32,000 bases of DNA from Akkermansia muciniphila ATCC BAA-835 (GTDB taxonomy: Bacteria; Verrucomicrobiota; Verrucomicrobiia; Verrucomicrobiales; Akkermansiaceae), in NCBI RefSeq assembly GCF_000020225.1, contig NC_010655.1, positions 690,001 to 722,000 on the forward strand. The letters are read 5' to 3'. Below the pieces are notes generated by a model. The model did no database searches. It saw nothing but the letters and a program-made list of their open reading frames with translations, and had not been told where the DNA came from. The position numbers and the translations under genes were made by a program. This document shows positions 15,696-24,011 of the stretch, one piece after another (the first letter of the stretch is position 1; each line of letters opens with the position of its first letter).

Positions 15696-16751
15696 ATGAT
15701 CTCCAGGCTGAAATTAATGGACTTCCGTTGCTACGGAAGCTTCTCCTGGCAGATTCCGCAGCAGGGGGCCATCATCCTGGGAAACAACGCCCGGGGAAAA
15801 ACCAGCCTGCTGGAGGCCGTTTGCTTCCTGCTGCGCCTGCAATCCCCGCGCACGGCCCGGACCGGGCCGCTGGTCTCCCACGGAAAACAATCCTTCGGCA
15901 TCCGCGGAGAACTTCCGGGGCAAATCCGGCGCATCCTGTGGGCGCCGGACGCTCCGGACCTCCGCGTCAACGGAGAGCCTCGTAAAGACCAGCGCAGCTA
16001 CCTGGCGGACAGCTATCCCGTGGTATGGATGGGGAATGACGACCTTTCCCTGGTGCAGGCCGGCGCGGACGCCCGCCGGAAATACATGGACTTTCTGGGC
16101 AGCCAGTGGCATCCAGGCTACAGACTGGCTCTGTTCAGCTACCGCCGGGCGCTGAAAACGCGCAATTACCTGCTCAAGCACAGGCACCGGGACAAACTCC
16201 AGCTGGACGCCTACACGCGACAGCTGGCCCTGCACGGCACGGAACTGAGAAACCTGCGCGCCAATCTGCTGGCGCTTCTGGCGCCCCATATCGCCCTGGC
16301 CTACCGCAATATCGGCGGAAGGCAGGAACAGGTCTCCATCGCTTACCGTGCCTCGGAGGAAGGAGACCTGTATGAACGGCTGTGCGCCTCCATGGACCGG
16401 GATATCCGGTACGGACAAACCCAGAACGGCCCCCACCGGGATGACTTGGACATCACGCTGAACGGCAGAAACGCCGCTCAATTCGCCTCCGAAGGGCAGC
16501 AGCGCACCACCGCCATCTCCATGAAGCTGGCGCAGTCCTCCCTCCTGACGGAAGAAACGGGACATACGCCCATCCACCTGATTGACGATGTCTTCGGGGA
16601 GCTGGACCCCACGCGCCGGATAGCCTTTCTGCAGTCGCTTCCAGCGGACGCGCAGAGCCTCATCACCACCACCCATCTGGACTGGCTGCACAATGCTCCG
16701 TGCCCCCTGCCAGCCTTCCGGCTGGAGGATGGCGCCCTTGCCCCCCTCTGA
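15696..16751 (+). CDS. recF: DNA replication and repair protein RecF.
   Basis: 351 aa. Walker A GNNARGKTSLLEA, an SMC-like signature region FASEGQQRT, and Walker B LIDDV. Confidence 0.9.
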   Translation: MISRLKLMDFRCYGSFSWQIPQQGAIILGNNARGKTSLLEAVCFLLRLQSPRTARTGPLVSHGKQSFGIRGELPGQIRRILWAPDAPDLRVNGEPRKDQRSYLADSYPVVWMGNDDLSLVQAGADARRKYMDFLGSQWHPGYRLALFSYRRALKTRNYLLKHRHRDKLQLDAYTRQLALHGTELRNLRANLLALLAPHIALAYRNIGGRQEQVSIAYRASEEGDLYERLCASMDRDIRYGQTQNGPHRDDLDITLNGRNAAQFASEGQQRTTAISMKLAQSSLLTEETGHTPIHLIDDVFGELDPTRRIAFLQSLPADAQSLITTTHLDWLHNAPCPLPAFRLEDGALAPL

Positions 16752-16805
16752 AAAAGCGCGGACAGAAACAACGAACAGGCGTCCGCCTGCGGCATTTCCG
16801 GGGCG

Positions 16806-17312
16806 CTATTCCTTCACCCATACGTTCAGGATTTCCACAATATACATCTTATGGAAATCCCCGGCGGCATACCACTCCGGCACAATAGATTTATCCAGAA
16901 AAGCTTCCGGGTTGAGAGGCTCCGCGTACAGCTTGCGGCACTCCAGCACCAGGCGCGCTTCCGTAAAACTTACATTGCCGTTCTCCGTCACGTATGGCGT
17001 CAGGCCGGAAGCGGCCACCTTGTCCGTATCCAGTCCGCTCGTTGTTCCGCACACGGTCAGAGCCTTATGGTACTCATGGCTGAAAAAGGAAAGCGTCAGC
17101 TCGTCCCCGGCCTCAATAAAACGGAAGGTATGGCGCTGGGGGCGGATAACTACAAACGCCACAGGCTTCTTCCACATGAACCCCAAACCGCCCCAACTGG
17201 CCGTCATCATGTTGAAATGCTCCGGAGAACCCGCCGTCACCAGCATCCAATCGTCCCCAATCAATTGTACGGCATTATCCTGAATCTCCTTTGGTTCAAT
17301 CTTTTTCATCAT
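16806..17312 (-). CDS. Flavin reductase-like FMN-binding protein.
   Basis: Track ORF 16806..17498. The conserved part begins at MMKKIEPKEIQDNAVQLIGDDWMLVTAG, and TASWGGLG is typical of the family. The upstream 62 codons look like read-through of the intergenic region. Confidence 0.75.
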   Translation of the reverse strand: MMKKIEPKEIQDNAVQLIGDDWMLVTAGSPEHFNMMTASWGGLGFMWKKPVAFVVIRPQRHTFRFIEAGDELTLSFFSHEYHKALTVCGTTSGLDTDKVAASGLTPYVTENGNVSFTEARLVLECRKLYAEPLNPEAFLDKSIVPEWYAAGDFHKMYIVEILNVWVKE

Positions 17313-17472
17313 CGTCTCCAACGTTCGTTCGCAAACTATCCTACACCCCTCCTCCCATATGTCAAAGCTGTGGAGAGGCCGGGATGACGCGGGAAAACAA
17401 ATTCCGTCCCCGCCGGGAAGCTCCCTCCGTTTGGAGTTGCATTTCCGGAACGGCGGCCCTAGCATTTCCGGG

Positions 17473-18168
17473 ATGAACCACACCGCGCTGGAAGACAAGC
17501 TGGGTTACCGTTTCAACAATCCGGATCTGCTCGTTCAGGCCCTTACCCACCCCAGCACGGACAGCAAGCCGGAAACGCGCCGGGCGTATGAACGGCTGGA
17601 ATTCCTGGGAGACGCCATCCTGCAGCTGGCCGTCACACAGTACCTTTACCACCACATGCCCCAATCCCCGGAAGGGGAACTAACCCAGCTGCGCGCCCGG
17701 ACCGTCAGCCGCGCCAATCTGGGCAAATACGGCTTTATCCTGGGGCTGGATAAACACATTGCCCTGGGAAAAGGGGAGGAACGGGCCGGCGGACGGGGCA
17801 AAAATTCCATCATCGCCAACACATTTGAATCCGTCTTCGGAGCCATGTCCCTGGATTCCGACTATGAAACGGCCAAGGCTGTAGCCCTGCGCGTCCTCCA
17901 TGAAGCTCTGGATTCCGCGGCCAGCCATCCCAAGGAAATCAACCCCAAGGGGGAACTCCAGGCTATCCTTCAGGACATCCTGCCCGAAACTCCTTCCTAT
18001 GAAACGGAAGAAAAAGGGCCGAGAGACGCCGAAAACCGTTTTGAATCCCGCGTTTTCTGGCATGGTCACGCCATTGGAGCCGGTTCCGGGGCCAGCAAGA
18101 GGAAGGCGGAAGTGGCCGCCGCCGCAGACGCCCTGGACGCCAGGGCATGGCTCCGCATGACCTTGTAA
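17473..18168 (+). CDS. rnc: Ribonuclease III.
   Basis: Start placed at MNHTALEDKLGYRFNNPDLLVQALTHPS. The RNase III signature ERLEFLGDAIL is present, and the C-terminal dsRBD ends AEVAAAADAL. Confidence 0.9.
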   Translation: MNHTALEDKLGYRFNNPDLLVQALTHPSTDSKPETRRAYERLEFLGDAILQLAVTQYLYHHMPQSPEGELTQLRARTVSRANLGKYGFILGLDKHIALGKGEERAGGRGKNSIIANTFESVFGAMSLDSDYETAKAVALRVLHEALDSAASHPKEINPKGELQAILQDILPETPSYETEEKGPRDAENRFESRVFWHGHAIGAGSGASKRKAEVAAAADALDARAWLRMTL

Positions 18169-18311
18169 CCGCCAAAGGGGGACGGGTGGCTATTTTGTCA
18201 CCCTTAAGCCTTGGACACTCCTGTGGCTGGTTTGATAGACAGAAGCCGTCTCCGTGAGGAAGAACCTTCCCCGGAAGACCTTCTCACAGACAAACCAACC
18301 ATAGAAAACAA

Positions 18312-19643
18312 ATGAAGACCTATACTCTCCCCGTCATCGGCCTCATGACTCTCGGAGCCTCCGCCTTTGCCGCTGCCGCGCCCTCTACCGGAAACTCCCT
18401 GCCGGCCCGCGACAACTTTTCCGCCTGCAAATGGCTCGGCGACCGTTTCAAGTGGTTCAACTCGGAACGGGACCACAAAAATCCCTACATCCAGGAATTC
18501 AACGTTTCCCTCCGCATGCAGTACGGCCTGGACTGGATTGACCCGAACGGCGAAGGCCGCGTCATGGGTGAAAAGGAAGGCAACGGTCGCCGCTTCAATG
18601 ATGAATGGCGCCGCTTCCGCGCCGGGTTCAACATGAAGTTTCTGAACAACTTCAAGATCAACAACGTCTGGAACATCGGCGGCATGGACGGCCTGGAAAG
18701 CTACAATGCGAAAACCAACACATGGGACACCTCCGACCTGACCTACTCCCTTTACGAACTGAATCTGGAATACAAGGGAGGCCCCGTCACCTATGCCATC
18801 GGCAAAATAAAGCCGCGCATCACCGGGGAATACCGAACGTCCTCCTCCGCCATTCTGACTATCGAACGCTCCATGCTGGTCAACCAGCTCCGCCCGGAAA
18901 CCAATTACGGATTCCAGGTGAACAATTCCGACAAAAAGGACAAGCTCGGCTGGGCCGCAGGCGTCTGGCTGAACGGTAACGGAGGCACCGGAACCGGCAC
19001 GTTCAACAACCGCATTGAACCCGCTTTCAACTCCCGGGACAACTGCTTCATCACCGGCACGCTGAGCTATGACACGTCCAACGACGTTTTCCTGAAGAAA
19101 AGCCGTCTGTGGCTGGATTACGCCCACAATTTCACCAAGTGGGGGGACGACGCCCAAAACAAGGCGTATGAAAAACTGACCGGTTACGGCTTTAAATCCA
19201 AATACCAGGGTACCGGAGCCAGGGACGTGGTAGCCCTGACCTGGGAAGGTTCCGAGGGAGATTTCTCCCTGATGACCGAAGTCATGGCCGGCTTCAACGT
19301 CATCGGCATGAAAGCGGGGGCTGAAAACGTCTTCGGCGTAACCGTCATGCCGTCTTACAAGTTCACCCCCCACTGGGAAGGAGTGGTCCGCTACCAGATG
19401 GCGGCGGGCAGCAACGCCGTAAAATGGGAAAAACGCTATACGCAGAACTCCACTTATTCCGGAACTTCCGACTGCATGCAGGCCCTGTACTTGGGCGTCA
19501 ACTACTACATTTTCGAATGCAGCCCGAACATGGCCAAGATCATGGCGGGCATCGAATACGCCCATTCCAACGGCACGGACGCCAGCCGGCAGAAAGGCTT
19601 TACCGGATGGAGCTACAACATCGCCTTCCGCACCAACTTCTAA
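18312..19643 (+). CDS. Outer-membrane beta-barrel porin (OprO/P-like by general appearance).
   Basis: 443 aa. Signal peptide MKTYTLPVIGLMTLGASAFAAAAP, an alternating aromatic/polar beta-strand pattern, and a C-terminal ...YNIAFRTNF ending in Phe as in OMPs. Confidence 0.7.
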   Translation: MKTYTLPVIGLMTLGASAFAAAAPSTGNSLPARDNFSACKWLGDRFKWFNSERDHKNPYIQEFNVSLRMQYGLDWIDPNGEGRVMGEKEGNGRRFNDEWRRFRAGFNMKFLNNFKINNVWNIGGMDGLESYNAKTNTWDTSDLTYSLYELNLEYKGGPVTYAIGKIKPRITGEYRTSSSAILTIERSMLVNQLRPETNYGFQVNNSDKKDKLGWAAGVWLNGNGGTGTGTFNNRIEPAFNSRDNCFITGTLSYDTSNDVFLKKSRLWLDYAHNFTKWGDDAQNKAYEKLTGYGFKSKYQGTGARDVVALTWEGSEGDFSLMTEVMAGFNVIGMKAGAENVFGVTVMPSYKFTPHWEGVVRYQMAAGSNAVKWEKRYTQNSTYSGTSDCMQALYLGVNYYIFECSPNMAKIMAGIEYAHSNGTDASRQKGFTGWSYNIAFRTNF

Positions 19644-19672
19644 TTGCCGGACGGTATCATCCCGTCAACAGC

Positions 19673-19698
19673 TGGCCGCTTCTGTTCAGGGGCGGCCA
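19673..19698. terminator. Hairpin between the convergent porin and recombinase genes.
   Basis: TGGCCGC (19673-19679) pairs with GCGGCCA (19692-19698) around a 12-nt loop that contains the recombinase stop codon. There is no clear U tract. Confidence 0.3.
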
Positions 19699-20753
19699 TT
19701 GTTAATGGTGTGACGCCCCGCATGGCAGTTCCCCCAAAAAACGGCGGCCGTCATTTCCGTAATGCCTTCCATATTCAAATACCTGGTCCTCAGCAAATCG
19801 GAAGAAGAATGCCCCATTTCCATCTGCAATACATGCAAATTCTTGAAATGCCTGGCAAAATAACTGGCAAACGTATGCCTTAACATATCCGCAGGCCACT
19901 TCTTTTCCTTCCCGTCCCACCCGGCCAACCGTCTCAGCTCCCTCCACTTCGCCGGCCAGTTGCGCGGGCATACGCTTCCCGACACAAATCCCATAGCAAC
20001 CGCTCTTTCCAGCAGATTTCCCAAAACCGGCCGGATCGTCACGATGCGGGCTCCTCCCGTCTTGCTGTGGCGCGCCCTCAGGGAAACCATTCCCTCCCTT
20101 AAATTAATCTGTGCCCAATCCAGCCTTCTCACTTCTTCCGGGCGGATGCCGGCATACAGCATCAGCCCAACCGCAGCCAGGCACGCCCCTCCGTCATACT
20201 CTTCCGCCGCAGCCAGCAACCGGCGCATTTCTTCCAGGGACAGCACGGGAATGGAATGCTCCTTCAGCCTCGGCAGATCCACATACGCCACCGGGTTTTC
20301 CGTGCACCAGCCGCGTTTCACAGCCGTTCCGAAAATACCGCTGAGCACCAACCGGGCCTTATGCCTCTGCCTGAGGGTATCAAATGATTTTTCCAGGCAG
20401 GCGCGGCATTCCCGAGGCGTGATAAAGCGCACGGGCCGCCGGGCCATTTCCGGACAAAACCTCAACAACCGCCGGCTGATATAACGGAAATCATCCCTGG
20501 TTCTTTTCCTGCGATCTTGCCGGGCCTCCATGGCCTCATCCACGGCTTTCCTGAACGCCACGGTTTTTCCTCTGGCAACCAGGGCCTCCTCTCCCAGCCG
20601 GATGCATTCCCTTGCCCTCTTCCATCGGTTGCCGCGCCCCTTGCTGGCCTGCAGCAATTCATGCGCCAGCTGGGCGGCTTCCACCACATCCAGCCCTGTC
20701 TTTTTCAAAATGGCCAGCGCCGCATGATCCGTTGCTAAAATTTCCTCTTTCAT
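19686..20753 (-). CDS. Tyrosine site-specific recombinase (phage-integrase family).
   Basis: Catalytic-domain landmarks: AGIRPEEVRRL (Arg I), HSKTGGARIV (Lys), LRHTFAS (His-x-x-Arg), GHSSSDLLRTRYL (His/Tyr). A SAM-like core-binding region lies upstream. I prefer the ATG at 20753 (MKEEILATD, 355 aa). The track start at 20834 would run through the inverted repeat at 20770-20786. Confidence 0.85.
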   Translation of the reverse strand: MKEEILATDHAALAILKKTGLDVVEAAQLAHELLQASKGRGNRWKRARECIRLGEEALVARGKTVAFRKAVDEAMEARQDRRKRTRDDFRYISRRLLRFCPEMARRPVRFITPRECRACLEKSFDTLRQRHKARLVLSGIFGTAVKRGWCTENPVAYVDLPRLKEHSIPVLSLEEMRRLLAAAEEYDGGACLAAVGLMLYAGIRPEEVRRLDWAQINLREGMVSLRARHSKTGGARIVTIRPVLGNLLERAVAMGFVSGSVCPRNWPAKWRELRRLAGWDGKEKKWPADMLRHTFASYFARHFKNLHVLQMEMGHSSSDLLRTRYLNMEGITEMTAAVFWGNCHAGRHTINNGRP

Positions 20754-20769
20754 TTCATCTATTTTGCAA

Positions 20770-20930
20770 CGGTTTCGGAATCCGTAGTCAAGCAAAAATA
20801 GTCGTTTATTAATCAAAATGTTCGGCAATTCCATGGATGCCGTTTCACCGCCCCGTCATATCAGCAATTCCCTTCCAGACAGTTTGATGACAAAGAGGAC
20901 ACAGGAATTCCTATACGGATTCCGAATCCG
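20770..20930. repeat. 17-bp inverted repeats (16/17 match) bracketing a 127-bp segment in the recombinase/operon divergent intergenic region; candidate invertible promoter switch.
   Basis: IRL is CGGTTTCGGAATCCGTA (20770-20786). IRR is TACGGATTCCGAATCCG (20914-20930), whose reverse complement is CGGATTCGGAATCCGTA. It is the same CGGNTT-N3-AATCCG family as 1862/2019. AGTCAA at 20786-20791 reads TTGACT on the minus strand. The repeats are certain; the function is inferred. Confidence 0.85.
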
Positions 20931-21254
20931 CTATTGGCAAATGCAGGTCTTCTTCTTTGGGCATCCGCAGTCGCATGACGCTGCACGGAATCTCCCATCA
21001 AAAGAAGGCCTGCCAAAATAATTCCTTTGGCCTGTGTCTCAGGCAAGAGAATGAAACTGGCAGGGAAAACGGCTAGTTCAACGCCCATATGAACCTCATG
21101 ATTATTGAAATGACGGAAACGCGCTGCCTCATTCTGGAAGAACTGCTCAACACCATTCAAAGCTGCGATCTTTAATCCGGAGTTCCCGGCTTGAACGGTT
21201 CGCAACCAAATCTTCCCCTCTACATCAACCCTGTTGCTGAATAGAGTTTATTCC

Positions 21255-21890
21255 ATGAAAAAGTCGGAAAACTTTATGGACGTCTTTCATAATATTGTCC
21301 AGATCATCGGGAAATCCCTAGAAGGAGGGTATTCCCTGACGCTGGCGGAAGAAATCATCGTGTTCATCATGGCTGTCTCGCTGGCCGCCTTGATTTTATG
21401 CTTTGTGGCCTTTTGCAGGAAGACACTAAAGCCGAATGCTGAAAATATAGGCCTCCTGCTAATCGCCCCTTTGATGGGAACAGGTCTGATCGTGACCGTT
21501 TACGCCTACGTGACGGAAGGTTTTTTTGCAAGCATGACTCTGTTATGGATCTTCAGCGCCATTACTATCGGGATAGGAAAGGGTTCGGGACTCCTCCCAG
21601 AAGAGGACACTTTCGGCAGCGTCATTCAAGAAACGAGGGAAGAATGGAAGGCGGAAGATAAATATGCGGATGCGCTCGAAGGTAAAAGCATTGTATTCAA
21701 AGACGGCACCAGAGGCACTATCCGAGGTAACGACATGGAATCTTCCATGGAAAAGTGGGGATTTCGCCTTGGAGGGCTGGGAGTCGGCCTCGCCATAGGG
21801 GCCGCCATCATCGGCCCTATTGTCTGGATAGTATGCATTAAGCAGGCATTCCATGCCGGATGTATTGCTTTTAACCAAAAAACGGAATAA
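21255..21890 (+). CDS. Hypothetical 4-TM membrane protein with a ~65-aa charged loop (operon gene 1).
   Basis: Track ORF 21234..21890 has a TTG start; the first ATG is 21255 (MKKSENF). Hydrophobic helices: IIVFIMAVSLAALILCFVAF, IGLLLIAPLMGTGLIVTVYAYV, FFASMTLLWIFSAITIGIG, LGGLGVGLAIGAAIIGPIVWIVCI. I recognised no family motif. Confidence 0.65.
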   Translation: MKKSENFMDVFHNIVQIIGKSLEGGYSLTLAEEIIVFIMAVSLAALILCFVAFCRKTLKPNAENIGLLLIAPLMGTGLIVTVYAYVTEGFFASMTLLWIFSAITIGIGKGSGLLPEEDTFGSVIQETREEWKAEDKYADALEGKSIVFKDGTRGTIRGNDMESSMEKWGFRLGGLGVGLAIGAAIIGPIVWIVCIKQAFHAGCIAFNQKTE

Positions 21891-21902
21891 TTCCTCTATT
21901 TT

Positions 21903-23060
21903 ATGCTGAGCGTCTCTACACCGCCGGAAACCTGTCCTGAGGAAAACAACGGACATTCCCACAACACGCAGACCTATCCACATGGAGAAAGCTATGCAGG
22001 AGAATGCAAGAACGGCCTGCGCCACGGGAAAGGGATCTATTATTTTAGCGATGGTTCCTGGGTACAAGGGACATGGGAAAACGACAAGCTTTCCGGAAAT
22101 GCCACCTTTTACCATGCTCAGCACCAGCGGACGGATCAGGGAACTTTTTGCGGAACAGCCAGAAAAGGCCGTGGAATGATGACATGGAAAGACGGCAATA
22201 TCTACAAAGGTACGTGGAACGATACGGAAGAAGGGTTGCAGGGCAAAGGAATCATGCTCTCCCCTGAGGGGAAAAAAGAAGCAGGAAAATGGATAAACGG
22301 CTTATGGAAAAGACGCTTTTCTTATAAAAATTCATTTTACGACATCATCTATCCCATCCAAAAACATCCTGTTTCTTCCCTGATTTCCTTTTTCCTTATC
22401 ATTACCCTGCTTATCCCTGGAATAACTATTGACGCAAAGTCGGAATTTTCAGATCCGTATATTATTTTTCTACTTACAGGCGATCTATTCCCGTCAGTAA
22501 AAAATGCCGCTTACGTCAATATGGCCTGCATCATATCAGGTTCCGCCCTTCTTATGCTCTCCGTGTGTAGCCCTGTTTTTAAACGAATTACTGGAATTCA
22601 CCATAATCCTTTAACAGCCATATTTTTGTCATCCATTTTCATTGGCGGATCCATGGGATTTCTGCGTACCTCCTACCAAGGAGAGTTCTTTTACACCATG
22701 ATATCCATTTTCAGTCTATATTTTCTCATTTTTATGGCGAAATGTTATTATCAGTCCGTAAGGTTCGAATTTGCTCTCATTGCAGGTATTCTGTTCTCAT
22801 GGCTGTCCATGTTACTTTTCAGGAATTCCTATTATCTTTTTGAAAATATGTGCTGGCCTTATGCTCTTCCGCTGCTATCGGTGCTCGCCTGTTTTGCATG
22901 GGGCCGCATTAAATACGAGCAAAACGGATTTTTTCCCGCTCATAAATCATTTACGCTGGCCATAGCCGGCATTTCAATAAATTACATTATTCTGCATCCC
23001 TGGTTGGACACCAATAAAATCCTGTCTCATTGGAATAGCATTTTTTCCAGCATCAACTAA
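21903..23060 (+). CDS. MORN-repeat protein fused to a ~8-TM polytopic membrane domain (operon gene 2).
   Basis: 385 aa. The N-terminal ~130 aa carry 4-5 MORN-like units: YAGECKNGLRHGKGIYYFSDGS, WVQGTWENDKLSGNATF, GTFCGTARKGRGMMTWKDGN, IYKGTWNDTEEGLQGKGIM. About eight hydrophobic helices follow. It starts 12 nt after gene 1. Confidence 0.75.
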   Translation: MLSVSTPPETCPEENNGHSHNTQTYPHGESYAGECKNGLRHGKGIYYFSDGSWVQGTWENDKLSGNATFYHAQHQRTDQGTFCGTARKGRGMMTWKDGNIYKGTWNDTEEGLQGKGIMLSPEGKKEAGKWINGLWKRRFSYKNSFYDIIYPIQKHPVSSLISFFLIITLLIPGITIDAKSEFSDPYIIFLLTGDLFPSVKNAAYVNMACIISGSALLMLSVCSPVFKRITGIHHNPLTAIFLSSIFIGGSMGFLRTSYQGEFFYTMISIFSLYFLIFMAKCYYQSVRFEFALIAGILFSWLSMLLFRNSYYLFENMCWPYALPLLSVLACFAWGRIKYEQNGFFPAHKSFTLAIAGISINYIILHPWLDTNKILSHWNSIFSSIN

Positions 23061-23602
23061 TGAATAAACTCATGAAACCTATTCCCCCCATTTTTTCTTT
23101 CCTCATCATTGCCGCCGTGTGCTGGAGCCGGTCATTTGCCGGAGAAGTTCAATCTCCTCCGTCTCTGGAGGGGGCATCGCTGGAAATTTCCGCAAGAAAG
23201 GAAGAATATAAAAATTTGCATCATGATGTTTTTCTGAATTTAAAGGACGGCATTTCCTGGGAGGGGAGTGAAGATAGAATCGTTACATACGAACCCAAGG
23301 GGAAAAACGCTCATATCATTGTCGTTCATTGTGATAAGCGGAAAGAGGATTATTCTTCCGGGGAAATATACGAAAAGAATCCATCCCTGTTCAGACGCTA
23401 TTATTTATCAGGGGAGAAATCCTATGAAAAGGCAAAGGGAGAAAACCCGAAGCCGGCCACCATCACGTTCACAGACAAGGGAGGCTATTGCTATTACAAA
23501 GGGATTCTTCAAGGCTATCTTACTTGTGCTCAAAAACAGGAAGCGGAAGACCTCACCGGAATTCCGGTAACTATTTTGCTGGATGAAGAAAAAAACTCCT
23601 GA
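23060..23602 (+). CDS. Hypothetical secreted protein (operon gene 3).
   Basis: 180 aa. Signal peptide MNKLMKPIPPIFSFLIIAAVCWSRSFAGE. The start overlaps the gene 2 stop (TAATG). I recognised no family. Confidence 0.65.
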   Translation: MNKLMKPIPPIFSFLIIAAVCWSRSFAGEVQSPPSLEGASLEISARKEEYKNLHHDVFLNLKDGISWEGSEDRIVTYEPKGKNAHIIVVHCDKRKEDYSSGEIYEKNPSLFRRYYLSGEKSYEKAKGENPKPATITFTDKGGYCYYKGILQGYLTCAQKQEAEDLTGIPVTILLDEEKNS

Positions 23603-23972
23603 CCCGGAACTGGAAACATTGCTCGACCAGATTGACGGAGGAGAACTCACGGGGCGCCAGAGCAATTACGTACGTCAGGAGCTGTCCGCGTATTGGGAAA
23701 AACGACTTCATAAAGCACATTCGGCCCTCATGAAGCATTACTCCCATGTTCCGGCCATCGCGGAAAAATTGAAGGCGGCGCAGAAGGGATGGGAAAGTTA
23801 TCAGGACTCCCTGGCAGAGGCATATGCCGCATGCCTGATGCAGGAAGATGAAAAAGAACAAAAGAGCCAATGGTTTCAGTTTAACATGCTCCGCCTGGAG
23901 TGCGATAATACCGAGTGGCATTGCCGCATCCTGGAAGAACTGCTGGACACGATCAAACAGAACGGTCTTTAA
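23583..23972 (+). CDS. DUF1311/LprI-like helical protein with no signal peptide (operon gene 4).
   Basis: 129 aa, overlapping gene 3 by 20 nt in another frame. LKAAQKGWESYQDSLAEAYAAC followed by ECDNTEWHCRILEELL resembles the aQraWlkyRDa...C...R...L core of the LprI/DUF1311 family. This match is from memory of the family pattern, not a search. Confidence 0.55.
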   Translation: MKKKTPDPELETLLDQIDGGELTGRQSNYVRQELSAYWEKRLHKAHSALMKHYSHVPAIAEKLKAAQKGWESYQDSLAEAYAACLMQEDEKEQKSQWFQFNMLRLECDNTEWHCRILEELLDTIKQNGL

Positions 23973-24011
23973 CCGGACGAAAACTACCAACCATCACCAT
24001 ATTAAATACAT

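Noticed and set aside
18204-19565. 453-aa minus-strand ORF opposite the porin gene.
   Set aside because: The plus-strand product has a signal peptide, beta-barrel periodicity and a C-terminal Phe. The antisense product has none of these and has a biased composition.
20754-20834. Upstream extension of the recombinase ORF (MELPNILINKRLFLLDYGFRNRCKIDE).
   Set aside because: The extension would be translated through the 17-bp inverted repeat and part of the bracketed segment. Recombinase homology does not need it, so I preferred ATG 20753.
20818-21205. ORFs 20861..21205 (minus, TTG start, 114 aa) and 20818..21021 (plus, 67 aa) in the gap between recombinase and operon.
   Set aside because: They have non-ATG or weak starts and no recognisable domain. 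They overlap each other and the right inverted repeat. I treated the region as leader/regulatory DNA or a decayed gene remnant, and I cannot exclude a small real gene such as an excisionase-like factor.
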